DNA of 64,000 nt from an uncultured Enterobacteriaceae bacterium (lineage in GTDB: Bacteria; Pseudomonadota; Gammaproteobacteria; Burkholderiales; SG8-39): contig CAZKHE010000004.1 in NCBI GenBank assembly GCA_964552535.1, positions 6,015-70,014 on the forward strand. The letters run 5' to 3'. How positions within the stretch are numbered: the stretch's first letter is position 1; every line of letters starts with the position of its first letter. A program made the translations under genes and the position numbers. Shown one piece after another: positions 56,451 to 64,000 of the stretch. The notes beneath the pieces were generated by a model. The model saw only the letters and a program-made list of their open reading frames with translations. It made no database searches and had not been told where the DNA came from.

Positions 56451-57269
56451 TCAGGCGAGCGCCTTCTGCTGCTGCTGCCGGTAGCCCTTGAGCACCTCCT
56501 CGCGCAGCACGTCCCAGATCGCCTTGTGCAGCTCGATGAAGCGCGGCGTGACGCGCACCTCCGCGACGTCGCGCGGACGCGGCAGGTCGACGGCGAATTC
56601 GCCGATGGGGTGCGAGGCCGGGCCGGCCGAGAGCACGACGACGCGGTCGCTCATCGCGATGGCTTCGTCGAGGTCATGGGTGATGAACAGCACCGCCTTG
56701 CGCTTGGCGGCCCACAGCTCCAGCACTTCGTTCTCCATGAGCTGCCGCGTCTGCACGTCCAGCGCCGAGAAGGGCTCGTCCATCAGGATGATGTCGGGGT
56801 CGAGGATCAGCGTCTGCGCGAGGGACGTGCGCTTGCGCATGCCGCCCGAGAGCTGGTGCGGATACCGGTCGCCGAAGCCGTGCAGGCCGACGCGCTGCAG
56901 CCAGGCCTCGCCCTCGCGGCGCGCGTCGTCGGCCCGCAGGCCGCGGAATTCGAGCCCGGCGGTGACGTTCTGGAGCGCCGTGCGCCAGGGCATCAGCGCT
57001 TCCGCCTGGAACATGTAGCCGGCGCGCGGGTTGAGTCCGGTCAGCCGGTCGCCGAAGACGCGCACCTCGCCGCTGGACGGCTGCAGCAGACCGGCGCCGA
57101 CGTTGAGGAGCGTGCTCTTGCCGCACCCGGTGGGCCCGACGACGCTCACGAACTCGCCCGGCGCGACGTCGAGGGTCACGTCGCGGACGGCGGTGTAGCG
57201 CTGGCTGCGGTCGTCCGGCGAGACGAAGGTGCAGGTGACGCGATCGAGCGCGAGGGCGGGCGAGTTCAC
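56451..57269 (-). CDS. ABC transporter ATP-binding protein (NitT/TauT/SsuB family)
   Basis: Has GPTGCGKSTLLN, LSGGMRKRTSLAQTL and ILMDEPFSALD. The likely GTG start is at 57269; the track ORF extends further. Confidence 0.88.
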   Translation of the reverse strand: MNSPALALDRVTCTFVSPDDRSQRYTAVRDVTLDVAPGEFVSVVGPTGCGKSTLLNVGAGLLQPSSGEVRVFGDRLTGLNPRAGYMFQAEALMPWRTALQNVTAGLEFRGLRADDARREGEAWLQRVGLHGFGDRYPHQLSGGMRKRTSLAQTLILDPDIILMDEPFSALDVQTRQLMENEVLELWAAKRKAVLFITHDLDEAIAMSDRVVVLSAGPASHPIGEFAVDLPRPRDVAEVRVTPRFIELHKAIWDVLREEVLKGYRQQQQKALA

Positions 57270-57286
57270 GGACAGGGCGGGGGCGA

Positions 57287-58333
57287 TCAGCCCCTGGGGT
57301 ACTTCGCGTTGGCCTTCCTGGCGAACTCGTTGGTGTAGTTGGCCTTGAGGTCCAGCTTCGCCTTCCCGATCGCCTCGTCCACGCTCGCCAGCGCACGCAA
57401 TGCGGTTGCCGACCCCGCCTCGGGAAAGATGCCATCGGGGGACAGTGCGCCCCTGGCCTTCAGGAACGCGTCGATGTACACCGCGCGGTCGCCGAGGAGG
57501 TAGCTCTCCGGCACGACCTTGATGATGTCGCTCGGCCCGGCCTGCTGGATCCACTTGTTGGCGCGCACGATCGCGTTCGTCAGCGCCTGCGACACGCCCG
57601 GATTCTTCTCCACGAAGGCAACCGGCGCATAGAGGCAGGCCGCGGGCATCGGCCCGCCGAAGACCTTGTCGGCTTCGGCGACGTCGCGCGTATCGGAAAT
57701 GATCCGGATGTCCCCTGCACGCTGCAGGATGGTGATGACCGGGTCCAGGTTGGAGATCGCGTCGATCTGCCCCGAGCGCATCGCGGCCACCGCACCCTGG
57801 GAGGCGCCGACGCCGACGTAGGAGACGTCGCTCGGCCGCAGACCCGCCTTGGCGAGCACGAAGTTGGACATCACGTTGGTCGACGAGCCGGGTGCCGTCA
57901 CGCCGATCTTCTTGCCCTTGAGCTCGGCGACCGACTTGAAGTTCGGCATCGTCTTGGCGTTGACCGCCAGCACGATCTGCGGGGCGCGTCCCTGCAGCAC
58001 GAAGGCGCGCATCGGCTGCCCCTTGAACTGCATGTTGAGCGTGTGCTCGAACGCACCGGACACCACGTCGGCGCTGCCGCCGACCACCGCCTGCAGCGCA
58101 CGCGACCCGCCGGCGAAGTCGACGATGTTGACCTGCAGCCCTTCGGCTTCGAAGTACTTCAGCTGCTCGGCCACCGTCAGCGGCAGGTAGTACAGGAGAT
58201 TCTTGCCGCCGACGGCGATGGTCACGTTCTTGCGCTCGAGCGCCTGTGCGCGGGTGAGCGCCGGCATCGCGAGCGCGGCGGCACCCGCCGCCGCGGCCGT
58301 GAGGAAGTCGCGGCGATCCATATTCTTCTGCAT
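57287..58333 (-). CDS. ABC transporter substrate-binding protein (NMT1/THI5-like, NitT/TauT family) with Tat-type signal
   Basis: ATG 58333 has the RBS AAGGAGAC. The protein begins MQKNMDRRDFLTAAAAGAAALAMPALTRAQA. Confidence 0.85.
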   Translation of the reverse strand: MQKNMDRRDFLTAAAAGAAALAMPALTRAQALERKNVTIAVGGKNLLYYLPLTVAEQLKYFEAEGLQVNIVDFAGGSRALQAVVGGSADVVSGAFEHTLNMQFKGQPMRAFVLQGRAPQIVLAVNAKTMPNFKSVAELKGKKIGVTAPGSSTNVMSNFVLAKAGLRPSDVSYVGVGASQGAVAAMRSGQIDAISNLDPVITILQRAGDIRIISDTRDVAEADKVFGGPMPAACLYAPVAFVEKNPGVSQALTNAIVRANKWIQQAGPSDIIKVVPESYLLGDRAVYIDAFLKARGALSPDGIFPEAGSATALRALASVDEAIGKAKLDLKANYTNEFARKANAKYPRG

Positions 58334-58444
58334 GGCGTCTCCTTTGTCTTGGACGGTCTGCGCGGCGCGCAGCCTTCGCTTGGCGCCCAAGTATAGGACG
58401 GGTGAAGGCGCCCTATTCCCTGATCGGCGGCGGCGCACGCTGCC

Positions 58445-59794
58445 TCAGGCCTGTGCGGCGTGCGCCTGCCGTTGCCGCGCCGACGCCCATAGCAGCATCG
58501 CCATGCCGGCCAAAGCGGAGAACACCGACGCCAAAAGGATGCCGAGCTTGGCGCTGTCGAGCAGGTGCGGCTCGAACGCGAGATTGGCGATGAAGAGCGC
58601 CATGGTGAACCCGATTCCGGCAAGCATGCCGCCTCCCGTGATCAGGCTCCAATTGAGGCCCCGCGGACGGCTCGCCAGGCCGGAACGCAGCGCCACCCAG
58701 CTGAATGTCAGGATGCCGAACGGTTTGCCGAGGGCGAACGCGAGGAACACCGCGACCGTGACCGGGTTCCCGATCCCGTCCGTGGCGAGCGGCAGCCCCG
58801 CATTCGCGAGCGCAAAGAGGGGCATGATCACGAATCCGACCCACGGATGGAGCCCGATCTCCAGACGCTCCACCGGAGACAGGGATTCGCGCACGGCGAT
58901 CTCCGCCGTCAGCAAGGTCCTGCGATCCCTGGTGTCGCCGCTGCCCTCCTCCTCGTCCGGGTGGGAGACGACCTGGTCGAGGATGGAGTAGAGGCGGTCA
59001 TCGCTGACCCATCGCCGCGCCGGCGTCATCAGGCCCAGTATCACCCCCGTGACCGTCGCGTGGATGCCGGAGGCATCCACCGCGAGCCAGATCAGGGCGC
59101 CAGCGGCAAAGTATGCGGGAAAGCCGCGGAAGCCGGTCGTCGCCATGATCCGCACGATCGCGATGCCGAGCGCGCCCACCGTGAGCGCGCCCCATGAAAG
59201 GGCGTCACTGTAGCCGACCGCCACCACGGCGATCGCACCGATGTCGTCGACGATTGCCAGGGACAGCATGAACACGCGCAGGCTCTGCGGTATCCGCCTG
59301 CCGAGCAGCGCCAGGCACCCGATGACGAAAGCGGTATCGGTAGACATCACGGTGCCCCAGCCGTGCTGACCCGGCTGGCCCCACTGCAGCGCCAGGTACA
59401 GTGCCGCGGGTACGATCATCCCGCCGAGGGCTGCCGCGATGGACAGCGCAGCCATGCTCGGCTTCCTGAGTTCGCCGAGCACCAACTCCCGCTTCAACTC
59501 CAGGGCGACCAGGAAGAAGAAGAGGGTCATCAGGGCGTCGTTGATCCAGTGCCGCAGCGAGCGCGCGTACTCGAACATGCCCACGTGGAGTCCCACGCGC
59601 GTCTCCCACATCGCGTCGAACGCCTGGGCTCCCGGAGAGTTCGATACGGCGAACGCGATGGCGGTCGCCAGGAGCAGCAACGCGCCTGCGGCGGCCTCGA
59701 TGCGGAGGAACCGTGCGAACGGCCTGGTGACCCGGTCGATCCACTCCTTCGGCAGCCGGTCCAGTCGCCCATTGGTCCGTGGAACCTCGCTCAT
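58445..59794 (-). CDS. nhaA: Na+/H+ antiporter NhaA
   Basis: Has the NhaA blocks FFFLVALELKRE and LAIVDDIGAIAVVAVGYS, plus the C-terminal FTMALFIANLAF. ATG 59794 (MSEVPRTNG) is preferred over 59821. Confidence 0.9.
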   Translation of the reverse strand: MSEVPRTNGRLDRLPKEWIDRVTRPFARFLRIEAAAGALLLLATAIAFAVSNSPGAQAFDAMWETRVGLHVGMFEYARSLRHWINDALMTLFFFLVALELKRELVLGELRKPSMAALSIAAALGGMIVPAALYLALQWGQPGQHGWGTVMSTDTAFVIGCLALLGRRIPQSLRVFMLSLAIVDDIGAIAVVAVGYSDALSWGALTVGALGIAIVRIMATTGFRGFPAYFAAGALIWLAVDASGIHATVTGVILGLMTPARRWVSDDRLYSILDQVVSHPDEEEGSGDTRDRRTLLTAEIAVRESLSPVERLEIGLHPWVGFVIMPLFALANAGLPLATDGIGNPVTVAVFLAFALGKPFGILTFSWVALRSGLASRPRGLNWSLITGGGMLAGIGFTMALFIANLAFEPHLLDSAKLGILLASVFSALAGMAMLLWASARQRQAHAAQA

Positions 59795-59900
59795 CGGTAC
59801 ACGCCACGGCAGCCTTCGCATCGGGAAGAGCGTAGTATGGATCGATGGCGAAGCCGCGACGGCGTCAAGCGCACGGCATCGCTTCTTTCAGGAGAAGCGC

Positions 59901-60038
59901 ATGGCAAAAGGCCAACTTCGAAGCAACCGCGAGCACAAGAAGCCCAAGCAGCCGAAGAAGCCGGCGGTGCCGGCGACGACGCCGTTCCTGGGGACGCCGG
60001 CCAGGCCGGCGGGCCACGGCCCGGGCGGGAAGCGCTGA
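59901..60038 (+). CDS. small lysine/proline-rich protein (45 aa), unassigned
   Basis: MAKGQLRSNREHKKPKQPKKPAVPATTPFLGTPARPAGHGPGGKR. The RBS AGGAGA (59890-59895) lies 5 nt before the ATG. Third codon positions are G/C-rich, consistent with coding. It lies directly upstream of a Crp/Fnr gene. Confidence 0.5.
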   Translation: MAKGQLRSNREHKKPKQPKKPAVPATTPFLGTPARPAGHGPGGKR

Positions 60039-60128
60039 CGCCCGACTGGCCGCGCGCGAGGCCGCTGCCGCGGAGTGCATGCGCCGCCGACGGCCAGGTG
60101 AACTGTGCGTCGACCGCACCCCTGCCCG

Positions 60129-60851
60129 ATGCCGACTTCCCCAGGCATCGTCGATGCCGCGCAGAATCGCATCCTCGCAGCGCTCCCCACTGACGAGCGC
60201 GAGCGCGTGTACCCGCTATTGGAACGCGTGCAGATGCCGCTCGGCAGGGTGCTCTACGAATCCGGCAGCCGGCTGGATCACGTGTACTTCCCGGCAAACG
60301 CCATCGTGTCGCTGCTGTACGTGATGGCCGACGGCGCGTCGGCCGAGATCGCCGTCGTCGGCAACGACGGCATGGTCGGGGTCGCGCTGTTCATGGGCGG
60401 AGAGACGACCCCGAGCCGCGCGGTCGTGCAGAGTGCCGGGGTGGCTTATCGGCTGGCGGGCAAGGCGCTCAAGGAGGAGTTCCGGCGCGGCGGCATGATG
60501 CAGCACCTGCTGCTGCGTTACACGCAGGCCCTACTCACGCAAATGGCGCAGACGGCAGTCTGCAATCGCCACCACTCCGTCGATCAGCAGTTGTGTCGCT
60601 GGTTGCTGCTGAGTCTCGATCGCCTGGCGTCGAACGAGCTGACGATGACACAGGAACTGATCTCCAACATGCTGGGCGTGCGCCGCGAGGGCGTGACGGA
60701 GGCCGCGGGCAAGCTGCAGTCCGCCGGCATCATCCGGTACCGCCGCGGCCGCATCGTCGTCATCGACCGTCCCGCCCTCGAAGCACAGGCGTGCGAGTGC
60801 TATGCGGTCGTCCGACGGGAGTGCGATCGACTGATGCCCCCCGGTCATTGA
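60129..60851 (+). CDS. Crp/Fnr-family transcriptional regulator
   Basis: Has a cNMP-binding-like domain (VYFPANAIVSLLYVMADGASAEIAVVGNDGMVG) and an HTH (MTQELISNMLGVRREGVTEAAGKLQSAGII). The start is 60129 (MPTSPG) or 60105. Confidence 0.88.
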   Translation: MPTSPGIVDAAQNRILAALPTDERERVYPLLERVQMPLGRVLYESGSRLDHVYFPANAIVSLLYVMADGASAEIAVVGNDGMVGVALFMGGETTPSRAVVQSAGVAYRLAGKALKEEFRRGGMMQHLLLRYTQALLTQMAQTAVCNRHHSVDQQLCRWLLLSLDRLASNELTMTQELISNMLGVRREGVTEAAGKLQSAGIIRYRRGRIVVIDRPALEAQACECYAVVRRECDRLMPPGH

Positions 60852-61036
60852 GGGGCCCGGCGTGCCGCTGCGCCGGGTGCGAGGGCGCCGCCCTCGTCCT
60901 CCCATCGCGAGAGCGCCTGCGCCGACTCGGCCGTGAGCCAGGTGCGCGGCCGGAGCCTCCTGACCGTGCAGGCGCGCTGCCATGCGAGCGCGGCCTCGGC
61001 CCCGCCCAGGAGCCCTTCGTAGAGACGGCGTCTCAT
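60845..61036 (-). CDS. small protein (63 aa) with C-terminal RWEDEGGA motif, translationally coupled to the DUF3562 gene
   Basis: ATG 61036 overlaps the DUF3562 stop (ATGA). The frame has high GC3. The product is MRRRLYEGLL...AQALSRWEDEGGALAPGAA. As far as I recall, a W-E-x-E-G-G motif recurs in small proteobacterial hypothetical proteins. The 3-prime end overlaps the convergent Crp gene by 7 nt. Confidence 0.45.
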   Translation of the reverse strand: MRRRLYEGLLGGAEAALAWQRACTVRRLRPRTWLTAESAQALSRWEDEGGALAPGAAARRAPQ

Positions 61037-61266
61037 CGAGTGGCCTTGCGAAGACCCGGCGCGATCGCGTGCCGGCCGCGCAGTACCGCCTGCACTTTTC
61101 GGAATGCAAGGATCGAAAGGTAATCCGTCAGCCGTGCACCGCTCGCCAGCTTCGCGTACTCGGTCGTGCACAGCCGCGTGATCTCATCGACGGAGGTTTT
61201 CGTTTCCTCCGCGAGAACGGCGATGGCTTGTTCCTCATGGGACGGTGTGTTGCGCTGTGTTTGCAC
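61033..61266 (-). CDS. DUF3562-like small protein (77 aa)
   Basis: MQTQRNTPSHEEQAIAVLAEETKTSVDEITRLCTTEYAKLASGARLTDYLSILAFRKV. The family assignment is from memory of DUF3562 sequences and is not verified. Confidence 0.55.
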   Translation of the reverse strand: MQTQRNTPSHEEQAIAVLAEETKTSVDEITRLCTTEYAKLASGARLTDYLSILAFRKVQAVLRGRHAIAPGLRKATR

Positions 61267-61330
61267 GCTGGGCTTTCGAAATGGGTGGCTCGGACGATGT
61301 CGCTGCGCGAAGTTGCCCGGGTCGCGCAGA

Positions 61331-61894
61331 TCAAGGCGCTACGGCGGCCGCGCCGAGTGTCATCGGCAGGCTCATCCGCTCCATGCGGTAGGAAGCAGGC
61401 AGATACACGAGATCCAGCTGCATCCCCTTCATTGCGTCGGCCTTCAGGGCCTCCGCCGGGACGTCGACGTCGACCGACTGCGTTGCGGACTCGCCCGGGT
61501 CGAGCCGCTCGGCCGTCCCGTAACCCGTGAACTTCACGGCGGCGGACTGAATCTGCTTGTCCTCGGGATTCATCGGCTGCCCCGTGGCATCGACGAACCG
61601 GATCTGCCCCTCGATCAGGCGGACGGTCTGATCGACTGAGTTGTTCGTCAGCACCAGCTTTCCGCTGAGCTTGGCGGGCGACACGACCTTGCCCGACTCC
61701 TTCTCGACCCGTTCCGTCACCCTCATCTCCGTGAGCTGGCCTTTCATGATCCCGGTCTGTATCTCGATGGAGGCGGGCGTCACGGCGTACACGCGTTCCT
61801 CGATCGCCGTGACCGCCTCCGGCTGGCGCTGCGCGCAACCCATCGTCACCACGGCAAGACCTGCCGCGACCGTCAATCCCGCTCGTTTCCACAT
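61331..61894 (-). CDS. putative lipoprotein (187 aa), unassigned
   Basis: ATG 61894 has the RBS GAGGAGAC. The signal and lipobox-like sequence is MWKRAGLTVAAGLAVVTMGC. The mature part is beta-rich, and the track ORF start at 61996 is unlikely. Confidence 0.6.
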   Translation of the reverse strand: MWKRAGLTVAAGLAVVTMGCAQRQPEAVTAIEERVYAVTPASIEIQTGIMKGQLTEMRVTERVEKESGKVVSPAKLSGKLVLTNNSVDQTVRLIEGQIRFVDATGQPMNPEDKQIQSAAVKFTGYGTAERLDPGESATQSVDVDVPAEALKADAMKGMQLDLVYLPASYRMERMSLPMTLGAAAVAP

Positions 61895-62493
61895 GACCGT
61901 CTCCTCGACGCTACGCTGACGATCGAAATCGGCCGTCACCGCGCACCTTCGGAGCGTACGCGGTCGCGACGTGCTGCTCTGTGCGGTGACGAACATACCG
62001 GGCGGAGATCCCCGGTAGCGCGGGCGGACGGCCCCCGGCGGGTGGCCTACCCGAGCCCCGGCTCGGTCCGACCGGCCCGGAGGCGGAGGGACGGGCGAGA
62101 TCCGAGCACGCCCGGCGCGACACGCCCGTGCCGCTCGCCTCCCGGCGGCTATTCGGGCGTCATCGTCCGTCGCTGGTGGTCATCGAGTGCCGAGGATGCG
62201 TGGACGTGGGGGGGAACGATCTGGCACGAGGACTCGGAAGCCGTGGACTGAACACGCTCGGCTTGCTGCCGCCGCACCGCGGGAATGACGCACCGCGTGC
62301 GTCAGCACGGAGAAAGACGCCCCGCGCTGCGAGCGAGCGTGCCCTCCGCTGCGCATGAACCCATCCTCGGCGCGATCCCCGGTCGCGCGAACTCATCCCG
62401 CGTCATCCCGCGTCGCGATTCGGAGGAGACGAACGTCGGACCCCTTCAAGGGTCGCGTACCGCGCGGCGAGCGGTCACTCCCGCTCACCCCGC

Positions 62494-64000
62494 TCACTTC
62501 ACCCTGATCTTCGTGATCTCGATGTCCCGCAGCAGCGGATCGCCCTCGCGTGCGATCTCGTTCTCCAGCAGCGAGCCGCAGCCGGGGCAGAAGAACTGCC
62601 GGAACACCGGGCGCTCGTCGATGTAGCGCTTGTAGTCGCCGACGTTGGGGTTGGAATGCCGGATGTCGTTGTCCTCGCGGATCGCGTGGTCCTTGTAGTT
62701 GTCGCTCAGCGGGCCGAGGTCGGCGGCGCACTTGGCGCAGCAGGTGTGCAGCGCGTCGCCGTTCCTGCGCACGGCGAGGTTCTCGGTGACTCGCGCGAGC
62801 TCCGGGCCGTTCAGGGTGCGCGCCTTGCGGCCCGCCTTTGCCACCCGGGCCGCACGCCGGTCCGCGCGTAGCTTGGCGGTGGCCTCCGCATCGAGCCGCT
62901 CGTCATCGGTCACCACCACGCCGTAGATCTCTCGCGCCGCCTCGCGCGACACCGCGCGGTTCTCGACCACGTCCTTCCAGACGCGTTCGGGCTCGCGCTC
63001 GAACGGATCACCGAAGCCGCCCGCGGCGGTCCAGATCACCGCGTACACGTCCTGAGGATTCTGGATGAAGTTCTCCTGGCGCAGGCCGAGCTCGACCTTG
63101 TTGCCCTTCACCTCGGCGATGTCCGAGATCATGTCCCGGCTGGCGAGGCGCTCCTTGATGTCGGTGTCGCGCACGAACTTGTACACGTTCACCGTCGCCG
63201 GATAGCCGCCCATCATGCCGGTGGAGGTCGGCAGCGCGTTGCCCGAGGAGAGCGTGTCCTGCGTGATCATCGCGGTGCGATGCGGCACGAAGCAGGTCTC
63301 GGCCGAGAGACCGCCGCGCCAGCGGCCCGCGCCGCCGGAGTCGATCACTTCCTTGCGATAGAGGATCAGCAGCGGGAAGGACTGCTCGTTGTGCTCGACG
63401 TTGGGCAGGCGGCAGATCGGCGTGCGCGACTGGCCGCCGTTGGAGATGCCGTCGCCGGTCGAGAACGCGCCGATGGCGCCCCCGATCGGATCGACCAGCA
63501 GGTAGCCGTACTTCTCGCCCCACTGGTCGATGCCGCGGAAGATGCTCGCCGGCCACTGGCTGGTGCCGCCGATGCACATGATGTCCTCTCGCATGCGCGC
63601 ATCCGAGAACAGCATCTTCGACAGCACGTTGTAGGCGGGATAGAGGCTGATCTCCATCGCCTGCACCGGCGCGGTGGACACCGACGCCGGGAAGGTCGCG
63701 CAGTTGAACGTGCCCGGCGTCGGGTCGAACTCGACGTGCCGCAGGCCGCCGCCGATGGCGAAGTACTGGTCCCAGCACAGGAGCTGGTTCAGCGCCACCA
63801 TGATCGCGCCGCGCCAGCCCGAGTACGTCGCGTTCATCGCGCCGTCCTGCAGCGCGCTGCCGGCATTCTCGAAAATCAGCTTGTTGCCCTGCTTGCGCAG
63901 CGTGAGCATCACCTCGTGCGTGCGGCGGTCGCCGGGGCGGCAGCACTCGACGTAGGTGCGGTCGCGCCAGACGCCGTCGGGCAGCCGCTTCAGCTTGTCG
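62494..64000 (-). CDS. hydantoinase B/oxoprolinase (HyuB/acetone carboxylase alpha-like) protein with C-terminal acetone-carboxylase-gamma-like Zn-ribbon extension (5-prime partial, runs off window)
   Basis: The frame stays open to base 64000 (..KLKRLPDGVWRDRTYVECCRPGDRRTHEVMLTL..), so the GTG at 63912 in the track is not the start. The HyuB core ends at GGFGDPFEREPERVWKDVVENRAVSREAAREIYGVVV. About 135 extra residues follow, carrying CCAKC ... NYKDHA ... RQFFCPGCGSLLENE. Confidence 0.82.
   Translation of the reverse strand, partial: DKLKRLPDGVWRDRTYVECCRPGDRRTHEVMLTLRKQGNKLIFENAGSALQDGAMNATYSGWRGAIMVALNQLLCWDQYFAIGGGLRHVEFDPTPGTFNCATFPASVSTAPVQAMEISLYPAYNVLSKMLFSDARMREDIMCIGGTSQWPASIFRGIDQWGEKYGYLLVDPIGGAIGAFSTGDGISNGGQSRTPICRLPNVEHNEQSFPLLILYRKEVIDSGGAGRWRGGLSAETCFVPHRTAMITQDTLSSGNALPTSTGMMGGYPATVNVYKFVRDTDIKERLASRDMISDIAEVKGNKVELGLRQENFIQNPQDVYAVIWTAAGGFGDPFEREPERVWKDVVENRAVSREAAREIYGVVVTDDERLDAEATAKLRADRRAARVAKAGRKARTLNGPELARVTENLAVRRNGDALHTCCAKCAADLGPLSDNYKDHAIREDNDIRHSNPNVGDYKRYIDERPVFRQFFCPGCGSLLENEIAREGDPLLRDIEITKIRVK

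Noticed and set aside
1-64000. Mobile elements, prophage, CRISPR arrays, toxin-antitoxin or known anti-phage defence systems, and tRNA/rRNA genes.
   Set aside because: I saw no transposase, integrase, recombinase or phage structural motifs and no regularly spaced direct repeats. There were no small paired ORFs with TA-like features and no tRNA-like T-arm (GGTTCGAATCC-type) sequences on inspection of intergenic regions. The only repeats found are the REP-like pair and the CocE segmental duplication.

Overview
Very GC-rich (by eye about two-thirds G+C), gene-dense proteobacterial chromosome segment. The gene content looks Betaproteobacteria/Burkholderiales-like: an orphan Bug/TctC binding protein, two Liv-type ABC systems, two TRAP systems and a NitT/TauT ABC system. 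No rRNA, tRNA, CRISPR, transposase, integrase or recognisable defence genes were seen. (1) Bases 1-11.6 kb are the origin-proximal housekeeping block yidC-mnmE ... mnmG-rsmG-parA-parB. It is interrupted by an AbrB-family membrane protein, GTP-PEPCK and a class-III aminotransferase. Two consensus parS sites lie immediately upstream of mnmG. (2) 11.6-17 kb holds an HDAC-family gene, a secreted heptad-repeat proline-rich protein and a CoxM-S-L-like molybdenum hydroxylase. (3) 17-30 kb holds a Liv-type ABC operon, a cupin/VOC/FAH/DUF1330/TRAP cluster and a GntR-Qor-HIBADH unit. (4) 30-54 kb is an accessory-looking catabolic super-cluster and the most interesting part. It contains an LVIVD beta-propeller plus a COG0523 GTPase and a two-component flavin monooxygenase operon. 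It also has an 11-gene co-directional unit: CocE/NonD hydrolase, zeta-GST, alpha/beta hydrolase, quinone reductase, isochorismatase-family hydrolase, a Liv-type ABC importer and an ACMSD-type amidohydrolase. A second, colinear CocE/NonD paralog carries the same ~75-130 bp upstream control region, which includes an ATAC-N7-GTAT (LysR-type) box. A TRAP transporter is split across the two copies. (5) 54-64 kb holds two Crp/Fnr regulators (one beside a TATGA-N6-TCATA box), a signal-peptide acetolactate-decarboxylase-like protein, an ABC importer, NhaA, three small ORFs (lysine-rich 45 aa, DUF3562, and a coupled 63-aa ORF), a lipoprotein and a ~600 bp structured non-coding gap. It ends with a hydantoinase-B protein carrying an acetone-carboxylase-gamma-like Zn-ribbon tail. 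All functional calls come from motif and family recognition by eye; no database search was run. Many long ORFs in the supplied track are high-GC frame artefacts, and many true genes start well inside the listed ORFs.
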